Shown here in pieces: positions 8,633-16,885 of a stretch of 26,809 nucleotides of DNA (position 1 is its first letter; each line of letters begins with the position of its first letter). Made by a program: the position numbers and the translations under genes. Below the pieces are notes generated by a model. The model was not told where the DNA came from and ran no database searches. It was given only the letters and a program-made list of their open reading frames with translations. The DNA comes from Candidatus Heimdallarchaeota archaeon (lineage in GTDB: Archaea; Asgardarchaeota; Wukongarchaeia; Wukongarchaeales; JBHIFL01). Location of the stretch: the NCBI GenBank assembly GCA_046761065.1, contig JBHIFL010000057.1:1-26809 (forward strand). Reading direction: 5' to 3'.

Positions 8633-10252
8633 TTATTCAGGCGCTATTTCTTGGAACGCTAGTTCGATATCTATGCCTTCGCGGCGACGATACCACCACG
8701 CAACAAAATAGAGAATCAGCCCACTAAGGAAAATCACTACAATCATCCACAACGATTCAGGTGCATTGGCAAATAGATTATCTTCAGTCAAATAGAAGTA
8801 GGTACAGAGCAACGTCACCGCAACTGTCCAGATTCCTGCCAAAACTAGTATTGGGATGCCAAATAGTTGGTCTTCTGCCACCACTGATTCTTCATACATC
8901 TTCTTTCTACGATATGGGAAAATAATGGCGCTAATCCCCACTAGAAGTATGATGAGGCAAAGCGCAAAGATGCTAGAGACCATAGTTATCCATGCAGTTG
9001 TGTGAAAGATGACGAGGAAGATCTCTGCTGCGATTAGGACAATGATGATGTTGAAGATCGGTGTGTGTGTCTGCTCATTTACTTCGGAAAGTTTTTCTGG
9101 AGCAATGCGATCAAAGGACCAAGCCAACATATTTCGGCTAATCAGCATAATGTTTTGTGGCACGAACCAGACACCCCAGACTAGATATCCAATACTAATC
9201 ACCAGAAAAATGATGGGATTGCTAGTAAGCACTCCTATGAGGGTCGGGAAATATGGAAGTACTCGGATATTATATTCTATATTGCCCCACCAAGCTGCAC
9301 CAATTCCGTAATAGAAGTCAGTACCGATAGTGAGTACATAGAGCAAGCCTAAAATCATGGAAAAGAGCCCTAAGAAGACGGTAGCGATTGGACCTCCATA
9401 GATCTGCGCTTTCTTGACATCTTTGATTTCACCGGCCATGAAGGTTGAACCTATGCAATAAGGCATGTAGGTGAAGCCCAATGGAACCAAGAGAAGAAAC
9501 GGTCTAAAAGCAAAGGGAGGATTCACATCGACTCCGGCATTTTGTGTGTCTGTGATGATCTGGTTGTAAGTATCGGAGGAGCCAGACTGCCAGTTGAAGG
9601 CCGCATTGAACTTTGCTGCGAAGTCAGCTGGGCTGTTTACGGCTATGAGAGCGAAAATGGTAACCAAACCGATTAAGAGAATGGCAAAAGCAATCTTCTG
9701 GAGGTTAAAGTACAAACGAGTGCCAGCAATCGCTAGTAATGCGAAGAGCACTAAAACGATTGCACCAATGATGAAGGTCCCCGAGGTGGTTTCGCCTAAG
9801 GCGCCCAGTTTTAACCCCCAATCAACAAGTCCCTGATTTCGGGTAATGGCGCCCCAAGTGCCCAGGATTGGACCTAACCCATAGCTTGTAAAAGCAAATG
9901 CACCCCAACAAGCCCAAAACGCCAGCCAGACACTCCAACTCCAGCTTACCATGAAACCTAAGGACGGGTGCAGCGATCGACTGACGTAATGGTAGTCACC
10001 ACCAGAACGTGGCATTATTGCAGCAAAAAGCGCATAGACACCAGTTATGGGAATTACCAAGATGGCACAGAAGGCGAGTCCTAGCCCAAGATTCGCTCCT
10101 GGTGAAATATTAGGTGCCCATAGAAAAACATAGCAGAGCACAAAGCCGAATGCAGTCCAGAAAATGTTGAACATAAATACGGAAGCTGATGTTGCAACTC
10201 TGACTAAGCCACTTGATTCTCTAACGAAAATTCCTTTTGATTCTGAAGTCAT
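8633..10252 (-). CDS. APC-superfamily amino acid/polyamine permease 2
   Basis: MPRSGGDY, AGEIKD, LAWSFDRIAP. N-terminus FVRESSGLVR, C-terminus FQEIAPE. ATG 10252 after GGTGA. Confidence 0.92.
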   Translation of the reverse strand: MTSESKGIFVRESSGLVRVATSASVFMFNIFWTAFGFVLCYVFLWAPNISPGANLGLGLAFCAILVIPITGVYALFAAIMPRSGGDYHYVSRSLHPSLGFMVSWSWSVWLAFWACWGAFAFTSYGLGPILGTWGAITRNQGLVDWGLKLGALGETTSGTFIIGAIVLVLFALLAIAGTRLYFNLQKIAFAILLIGLVTIFALIAVNSPADFAAKFNAAFNWQSGSSDTYNQIITDTQNAGVDVNPPFAFRPFLLLVPLGFTYMPYCIGSTFMAGEIKDVKKAQIYGGPIATVFLGLFSMILGLLYVLTIGTDFYYGIGAAWWGNIEYNIRVLPYFPTLIGVLTSNPIIFLVISIGYLVWGVWFVPQNIMLISRNMLAWSFDRIAPEKLSEVNEQTHTPIFNIIIVLIAAEIFLVIFHTTAWITMVSSIFALCLIILLVGISAIIFPYRRKKMYEESVVAEDQLFGIPILVLAGIWTVAVTLLCTYFYLTEDNLFANAPESLWMIVVIFLSGLILYFVAWWYRRREGIDIELAFQEIAPE

Positions 10253-10302
10253 GTTTTCACCCTTTCCTACCAATTTTATTTGGCCTCGTCAAGAGATACA
10301 CC

Positions 10303-10320
10303 ATTTAAAAAGTTATCCCC
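10303..10320 (-). promoter_or_regulatory. Archaeal BRE/TATA promoter of APC permease 2
   Basis: Minus strand GGGGATAACT-TTTTAAAT, 51 nt upstream of the ATG. Confidence 0.6.
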
Positions 10321-10424
10321 TAATTGACTCTTCGCTTTAAAAGCAGGAATCGTGCGTCTTAAAAAGAAATTATTTTTGAAAAAATAAGTAATTCGTTCAT
10401 CTTTCTGATTAGGAGACCAAATAC

Positions 10425-11183
10425 TTAGCGATCTGTTTCTCCAACCTCATTGTACCATTTTTTACGGGTACCCACGCTGGCTCGTAGCCGCCATTTGCGA
10501 CTCTTTGGAGCACTTCCAATAGCTTCAAGCAAAGAAAAAATGCGTGTCTGAATGATGTCCTTTTCATTAGGTCCAAGTAGCTTATATTCTAAAACATAGT
10601 TGGCAGTTTTATTGAGATTAGTTGTGGTAGTATAATAGAACCCCCAATCTTCACTTAATAGTTTGGCGATATAATTGATGTTAATCGTTTCCTCTTCAGT
10701 TGAGCCCAATTCATGTTCTAAAAGCAATACACACAGATCAATCAGATCTTTTTCATTAATTTCCACGATTTGTAATTTTTCAAGAAGCATATCAGCTAAT
10801 GAAATGGTCTTACCATTTGGGTCGACGGTTAATCGTTTGCGAAAGTCGATTTTGTGGCACATCGCTAATTGATCAAAGAAAACATCGATTTTTCGATTAT
10901 TTGTACGGTCAATAAAGAAATAACGCCCCTCATGAATAAGCAACTCTGACCTTAAAGAATATCCAAGATTTTTAAGTAAGTGACTTATCTCTTTTTTTTG
11001 CTTTGAAAGAGCTATTAAATCGATGTCTGACAGTTCCCTCCCAAATTTCCCAAAAAGATGTTGATATTTAGTACAATGGAGTCTATATGCAATTGCTCCG
11101 ATCAAGCGGAGCTCAATAAATTCTTTTTGTGCTTCTTCAATGATTCTTTGTGCCTCTTCGATAAAACTTGTTTTCTGAATCAT
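10425..11183 (-). CDS. Pol-beta-superfamily nucleotidyltransferase, paralog 2
   Basis: LRLIGAIA...RELSDIDL, KIDVFFD, LEKLQIVEINEKDLID, DWGFYY, C-terminal KWRLRASVGTRKKWY. Confidence 0.78.
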   Translation of the reverse strand: MIQKTSFIEEAQRIIEEAQKEFIELRLIGAIAYRLHCTKYQHLFGKFGRELSDIDLIALSKQKKEISHLLKNLGYSLRSELLIHEGRYFFIDRTNNRKIDVFFDQLAMCHKIDFRKRLTVDPNGKTISLADMLLEKLQIVEINEKDLIDLCVLLLEHELGSTEEETININYIAKLLSEDWGFYYTTTTNLNKTANYVLEYKLLGPNEKDIIQTRIFSLLEAIGSAPKSRKWRLRASVGTRKKWYNEVGETDR

Positions 11184-11256
11184 AGATTATCCCTTCTTGA
11201 TGATAACGTACCTTTGAGCTCCTCAAGCACCACATTCAAAGGACACGTTCTAAACC

Positions 11257-11324
11257 ATATTAAAAATTATCGAATATTTCTCATTCTTCGATATCAGAAT
11301 ATTCAAGATCCGATAGTTATTAAA
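11257..11324. promoter_or_regulatory. Back-to-back divergent promoters for NTase 2 and MPE 2
   Basis: Minus CGATAATTTTTAATAT (11257-11272) and plus CGATAGTTATTAAA (11311-11324). The plus box is about 27 nt from ATG 11351, consistent with a leaderless transcript. Confidence 0.5.
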
Positions 11325-11350
11325 CCGAATCAAGCAAAGAAGGTACAACA

Positions 11351-12304
11351 ATGGCTCGAACTCGATTGTTTTTCGCAACAGACGTACATGGCTCGTTAAA
11401 AGTCATGCAAAAGTTTGTTTGGGCAGGTAAATTTTATAAAGTAGATGTACTTGTTCTTGGAGGGGATATTACAGGGAAAGCAGTAGTTCCAATTGTAGCC
11501 CTACCAGATGGATCTTATCAGGTGAAAGTTGCTGGAACCCTCCAACAAGTTCAGACGGAGGAGGAGCTCAAACAATTAGAAACACGACTCCAAAATATGG
11601 GCAATTATATTTATCGTACATCTCCTGAAGAGATGAATCACCTTTCTTCCAATGTTGCAGCAATAGGTGAGCTTTTCTCACGCGTAATGACAGAATCGAT
11701 TCAAAATTTTCTTCGACATGCAAAAGAGTATCTAAAGCGAACAGGAATCCAAATTTACGTTCAAGCAGGAAATGATGACCCCCTAACGGTCAGAACACTC
11801 CTTAACGAATCTGATTTTGCTATCAACCCTGAAGAAAAAGTAGTAGAGATCGACAAATTTCACGAAATGATTAGCCTTGGACATTCTAATCTTACTCCTT
11901 GGAATTGTCCAGGTGATATTCCAGAGGAAAAATTACGCGACAAGATTGAACATCTGGCTTCACAGGTTACGAAAATGGACAACTGCATTTTTAATCTACA
12001 TTGCCCGCCATTCGACACAGAACTTGATATTGCTCCAGAGTTAGATGAAAGTCTAACTGTAATATTTCGCCAAGGTCGAATGAGCATGGTCTCAGTTGGA
12101 AGTACAGCTGTTAGGGAATCCATTGAGGAGCATCAGCCTTTATTAGGGCTTCATGGACATATTCATGAATCGAGAGGGGCATTCAAGATCGGGCGAACTG
12201 TTTGCATAAACCCTGGAAGCGAATATTCAGAGGGTGTGCTTCGGGGTGTCATAATTAATCTTTACAAAAAAGGTATGAAAGGGTATCAATTTGTCTCAGG
12301 TTGA
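11351..12304 (+). CDS. Calcineurin-like (Icc-related) metallophosphoesterase, paralog 2
   Basis: TDVHG, GGDITGK, GNDD, HCPPF, HGHIHE, NPGSEY. Confidence 0.9.
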   Translation: MARTRLFFATDVHGSLKVMQKFVWAGKFYKVDVLVLGGDITGKAVVPIVALPDGSYQVKVAGTLQQVQTEEELKQLETRLQNMGNYIYRTSPEEMNHLSSNVAAIGELFSRVMTESIQNFLRHAKEYLKRTGIQIYVQAGNDDPLTVRTLLNESDFAINPEEKVVEIDKFHEMISLGHSNLTPWNCPGDIPEEKLRDKIEHLASQVTKMDNCIFNLHCPPFDTELDIAPELDESLTVIFRQGRMSMVSVGSTAVRESIEEHQPLLGLHGHIHESRGAFKIGRTVCINPGSEYSEGVLRGVIINLYKKGMKGYQFVSG

Positions 12305-12327
12305 ACCTGTAAGTATCACTAGAAAGA

Positions 12328-12469
12328 ATGAGAAGAAAAAAAGCCCGCTGAAAATTCTTATACAATCCTAATGGGTGTATTGATCGTTTTGTTAGCAATT
12401 TTGATCGCAACTCTTCTATTCGAACTAATTGATGTAAGTTCCACCTCTAATTGTTGGTTTCACTGCTAA
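12328..12469 (+). pseudogene. Small membrane-protein ORF split at an A7 run, or a 32-aa ORF from ATG 12371
   Basis: Removing one A from 12336-12342 gives MRRKKPAENSYTILMGVLIVLLAILIATLLFELIDV..., a basic N-terminus plus a TM helix. Confidence 0.3.
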
Positions 12470-12810
12470 TAGTAAGATATCAGAAAAATAGGGTTCCTAA
12501 ATATCATAATGTGCTCTAGATAGTTTCAAAAGGTGATTTCTATTATTAGTCGTATCTATAAACCAATGAAGGATCATTAGTTCCCATGTCCAAAGGTCCA
12601 ATAGACATTCGATTTACTTCTCTGGGATAAAAAGGAAATATTTTACAGTCTATGTATGGATTATGGATGTTTATCTTGGCATTCTCTTGTGTGTGTATCA
12701 AGAACATCGACAAGTGACTCTTGTTTAGTGGTAGGTTTAATAGATCATTTGTAAAAACTAGGTAGCTTTATATAATAAAAACGAAAGGTGCCTTCTTGGA
12801 GGTTGTTCCT

Positions 12811-13707
12811 ATGTTTGAAAAGAAGATTCATCGGGTATCATTTGATCAGGTAGTATTCAAAACCGATAAGAACAATCCACCAGTGATACACGTTTCCTCA
12901 GGAGATACAATCATTTTTGAATGTCGGGATGCCTTTAATCGAGCTATTCAGAAACCCACGGATTTACCTACCGCTTTGGATTTTGACAGAGTTAATCCCG
13001 CCACCGGTCCCGTCTTTGTTGAAGGCGCAGAGCCAGGAGACACACTCGAAGTTCACATAGAGAAGATTGAAGTAGCGAATCAGGGCGCTTGCTGTATTGT
13101 GCCTAACTTCGGTTTTCTGGCCCCAGAGTACCCCAAACCATGGACCCGAATCATTCCGATCAATAAAGGTTTTGCTGAGTTTGGAAAAGGAATCCGGATC
13201 CCAATTGACCCCTTCCCGGGAACTCTTGTCGTTGCACCTCCTGACGAAGGTGAAGGTACACTTGTCCCCAAGGATCATGGGGGCAACATGGATACCAAAG
13301 CGATTAAACAAGGTACCGTGCTCTATTTACCAGTATTCGTTCCAGGTGCCCTGTTCGGAGTCGGTGATGTCCACGCGGCACAGGGAGATGGTGAAGTGTG
13401 TGGGACCGCTGTGGAGATCGATGCGGAGGTCACAATTAAGCTCATAGTGAATAAGCAAAAGAAGATTCAGCGCCCACAATTTGAAACATCTGACTCCTAC
13501 ATGACCACAGCATACGCAAAGACGACGGACGAAGCGGCAAAGATAGCTCTACGCGATATGATAGACTGGCTTATAGCAGAGAAAGGATTATCCCGCCAGG
13601 AGGCTTATGCGCTCTGTAGCTGTGCGGTTGATATGCGAATCAGCCAATTAGTTGACATTACACCTGGGGTTAGGGCAGTTCTCCCTAAAGCCATCTTCAC
13701 TGAATAA
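12811..13707 (+). CDS. Acetamidase/formamidase (FmdA/AmdA family)
   Basis: NPATGPVFVEGAEPGDTL, HGGNMD, GDVHAAQGDGEVCGTAVE. ATG 12811 after GGAGG; TTTATATA box at 12767-12774. Confidence 0.93.
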   Translation: MFEKKIHRVSFDQVVFKTDKNNPPVIHVSSGDTIIFECRDAFNRAIQKPTDLPTALDFDRVNPATGPVFVEGAEPGDTLEVHIEKIEVANQGACCIVPNFGFLAPEYPKPWTRIIPINKGFAEFGKGIRIPIDPFPGTLVVAPPDEGEGTLVPKDHGGNMDTKAIKQGTVLYLPVFVPGALFGVGDVHAAQGDGEVCGTAVEIDAEVTIKLIVNKQKKIQRPQFETSDSYMTTAYAKTTDEAAKIALRDMIDWLIAEKGLSRQEAYALCSCAVDMRISQLVDITPGVRAVLPKAIFTE

Positions 13708-14011
13708 CAAATTAGGCTTTTCTTCGAACTTCAGGGATTCAAGCGAGACAAAACTTTAGAAACAGACTTGGCTGGATGAAATTCTCCACCAGAGAATGGG
13801 TAACGACCAAGACAGTGAGTTTTTTCAACCTTCATCTTCATTCTAGCTGTTGTAATTACTACATCATGAGTTACTACCCCACTTTCCCACTTGCAACAAC
13901 ATTGCCATTTATAGTTATAAGCTTATAATTCATGAAGTAGCAATCCCAATACTACAGGAGTTTGCATAGATACCATTCCACCTGTCGTAGGGGCCTTCTT
14001 GAGATGATCAG

Positions 14012-14950
14012 ATGAAGCTTCTGCGTCTTGAGTTCACACTTACTACACGTTGTAACTCTCAGTGTATCCACTGCCAAGCTGATGCTTCTCCGTCGAGAAA
14101 CGAAGTGATGAGCGTTGAAGATGCATTCAATTACCTAACTGAAGCAACCGCTATTTCAAAACTCGACTCTTTTATGATATTCGGCGGAGAACCTATGCTT
14201 TATCCAAAACGAACAATAGCCATTATCAAGAAGGGCCACCAGTTGCGGATTCCAAAGATCGAAATGATAACAAACGGAATATGGGGTAAAAACAAGGAAA
14301 CCGCCGAAAAACTAGCTATGAAATTGAAAACTGCGGGTCTTAACACTATTAACATAAGCATTGACGCCTTTCATCTTCGATACATACCAATTAAATATCC
14401 GCAAAACGCAGCATTAGCTTCATTAAAAGCAGGCATAAACAATATTGTATACAATGTTGCTGTCATTGATTCCATAAACGCTCAAAACGAATTTGATAAG
14501 AAAACAGCTCAGGTACTAAAAAAGCTGGAACCAAAAAGAATAGATGTTCGCATAGTCAACATCGTACCAGTTGGACGTGCACTGCAAAATCTAAGTCAAA
14601 ACTTTCAGCAAACCTCATTAAACGGACCGTGCGAAGGAGAAGCAATAACAGGCAATACATTAACAGATCCAGAAAGCATCTGCATCGAACCTTCTGGCTC
14701 AGCAAACATATGCTGGAATTTACCAATTGGAAATGCACAAAGCATCTCATTAAGACGATTAATAACCGAGTACAAATGGAAAAGAAATTCAATCACGAAA
14801 ATTTTAGTGGAGGAGGGTCCCACAGGATTGTTAAAACTTCCCGAAGCACGTAGCGTTCAATTTCAAGAAAAACAGTATATCAACAAATGTCACTTTTGCA
14901 TAGCAATCAGAAAAGCCCTTAGGCCATTTTACCAGACCATATATTCCTAA
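14012..14950 (+). CDS. Radical SAM protein with C-terminal SPASM/twitch-like Cys region
   Basis: CNSQCIHC (CxxxCxxC), FGGEP, TNG, ISID. C-terminal C..IEPSG..NIC..IGN and CHFC. Confidence 0.9.
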   Translation: MKLLRLEFTLTTRCNSQCIHCQADASPSRNEVMSVEDAFNYLTEATAISKLDSFMIFGGEPMLYPKRTIAIIKKGHQLRIPKIEMITNGIWGKNKETAEKLAMKLKTAGLNTINISIDAFHLRYIPIKYPQNAALASLKAGINNIVYNVAVIDSINAQNEFDKKTAQVLKKLEPKRIDVRIVNIVPVGRALQNLSQNFQQTSLNGPCEGEAITGNTLTDPESICIEPSGSANICWNLPIGNAQSISLRRLITEYKWKRNSITKILVEEGPTGLLKLPEARSVQFQEKQYINKCHFCIAIRKALRPFYQTIYS

Positions 14951-15507
14951 AAGGAATTCGCTATTTCTTACACGCAAGCAATTTGCATATAGACTTTCTA
15001 TGGTGCAAGTGATAATGAACTTATGAACGAAGAACATGGTCAAAAATATGGTTAATCTCATATTTAACTCCCTCATCAATCTTTCTATTGGTTTTTGAAC
15101 ACGACCTGAACTGAAATCCCATGGCATCATTTTTTTGGTTTTGTTTGAGCAAAAAGCTAAGAATCCCTCTCCCTCAAAAAATCCAGCAACAATTAATTGC
15201 AAAGATCCTGAATACGGCTAAAAATGTTATAACTGCCCCTCATTGAATGCGAAGATACTATTTCCCAATAAGATTTAAATGAATCCCCAGAGGATTATAA
15301 CCAGAAGTTGAACCAAAAGGAAGAATTCAACATGAAAACCTCTCCTTTATGGAATGGAGACCCTAAGAGCTCCGGTTACTTCTGTGTCCGCGTGAGCTGA
15401 TAAAAAGAGGGTGAATTCGGGTTTATTGGAGTTAAACGTTTTTTTCCTCAACAGGCTCAAACTTGCCCACTTGAAAATAATAAATAAAAGGCATCTCTAG
15501 TTTCGCT

Positions 15508-15933
15508 TTGGTGGAATCGAAAATGGTTACAACCATGATAGTTAGAGTAAGAGATTTAATGAACGAGAACATTATCTCGGTTGACGTTAGCGCATCAATA
15601 CTCGATGCTATCCAAATTATGACTGCTAACGAAATCGGATCCATTGTTGTAACTCGGGGTGGTGACCCCGTTGGAATTCTAACAGAACGGGATTGCCTCA
15701 AGAAAGTTTGTGGGGAACTTGATTGTGCTATCGTCACAGCTGGGGAGATAATGAGCACTCCACTCATAACCATAGATGCAGATGCCAGTCTTTATAAAGC
15801 AGCTCGAATGATGCTTGAAAACAATATCCGCAGGCTTTTCGTGATTCGTGATGGAACGATAGTAGGGATTTTTACCCAGAAGGATCTTCTTACCAAGATT
15901 AATGACGTTTTCCTAGCCCTTGCATCTATTTAA
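15508..15933 (+). CDS. Stand-alone CBS-pair (Bateman) protein
   Basis: VRDLM, GILTERD, IMSTPLITID, IRRL and GIFTQKD are CBS motifs. True start may be ATG 15523 or 15535. Confidence 0.92.
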   Translation: MVESKMVTTMIVRVRDLMNENIISVDVSASILDAIQIMTANEIGSIVVTRGGDPVGILTERDCLKKVCGELDCAIVTAGEIMSTPLITIDADASLYKAARMMLENNIRRLFVIRDGTIVGIFTQKDLLTKINDVFLALASI

Positions 15934-16040
15934 ACTCTTTTACCTAATTCCCTCACCCATTGGTAGTATTACTTGATTTCTGAGCTTAACAAGCAATCTA
16001 ACCGCAATCTTTTTATCTTATGTATAATATAGATAATACA

Positions 16041-16301
16041 ATGAACATAATGACTACAATATCTATAAAAAAGAAAACACATAAGAAATTATTGAAAATC
16101 GCAGCTGACCTTCAACAGCGCTTAGAGACACGTATTGACTTTGATTTTACCATTTCTTTTCTCACAGATCTCTATGAGCGGCAGCAACAGAAATTAGACC
16201 TCTTTCAAGAATTTTGTAAGGAAATTTCCAATGTGTCCTTTAACAAGGCTTACGAAATTTTAAGAGAAGAGCGGATGGTTGATGACAGGCAGTATGAATA
16301 A
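16041..16301 (+). CDS. Putative VapB-like antitoxin (RHH-like N-terminus)
   Basis: MTTISIKKKTHKKL strand-helix start. Directly upstream of a PIN gene and overlapping it. Start is ATG 16041 or 16050. Confidence 0.65.
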   Translation: MNIMTTISIKKKTHKKLLKIAADLQQRLETRIDFDFTISFLTDLYERQQQKLDLFQEFCKEISNVSFNKAYEILREERMVDDRQYE

Positions 16302-16719
16302 AATCGAAAGTTTTGCAGCTGATGGCGGGGTTCTACTCGCTTTAGCTCTAAATGAACATACAACTTTACCACTTAAAGAGAAAATACTCAATGGAGTTGC
16401 AAGTATCTATACTCATCACTATGCATTAACGGAACTGCTCTATGTAATTTGTAGAACTACTGGTATGGAAACAGCAAGAAGAAAGCTACATCTGTTAGAG
16501 AAGTCGAGAGTTGTTACCATAATTTCACCAGAAGAACTTATTGATTATGCTGCTCGCGAAAAATGTAATCGGCGTATAGCCCTAGCTGATTGTTTTACTA
16601 TCGCTCTTGCAATATTCAAGTCATGTGTAGCATTATTCGCTAGAAAGGAACGGGAACTTTTGGAATCGATGAAGCAGAAACCCTTTCCAATTCCAATTCG
16701 GTTCTTGAAAGATATCTAA
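16294..16719 (+). CDS. vapC: PIN-domain ribonuclease (VapC-like toxin)
   Basis: AADGGVL (first Asp), LTELLY (Glu), IALADC (Asp), ALFARKEREL. 8-nt overlap with the upstream gene. Confidence 0.8.
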   Translation: MNKIESFAADGGVLLALALNEHTTLPLKEKILNGVASIYTHHYALTELLYVICRTTGMETARRKLHLLEKSRVVTIISPEELIDYAAREKCNRRIALADCFTIALAIFKSCVALFARKERELLESMKQKPFPIPIRFLKDI

Positions 16720-16885
16720 CTGATTCGACTAAGAATAATTGTAATTTCCCACAACATTGGGGTATTGAATCATCAATGTTTTTCACATAACTTTCTGTTG
16801 GCACTTAAGTCTCAATATATTTTTAAAATGAATGTGATTGACTGAGTATGGAGGGGGTATCATCTTGAGTTAAGGAGGTTATAAA

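Noticed and set aside
5922-12123. Similar antisense ORFs 5922-6293 and 11860-12123 (LTAVLP...)
   Set aside because: Their similarity only mirrors the conserved MPE sense frame.
14831-15202. 123-aa minus-strand ORF with AGFFEGEG, superficially LAGLIDADG-like
   Set aside because: Overlaps the radical SAM 3' end, has no RBS, and the rest does not resemble a homing endonuclease. An HMM search would settle it.
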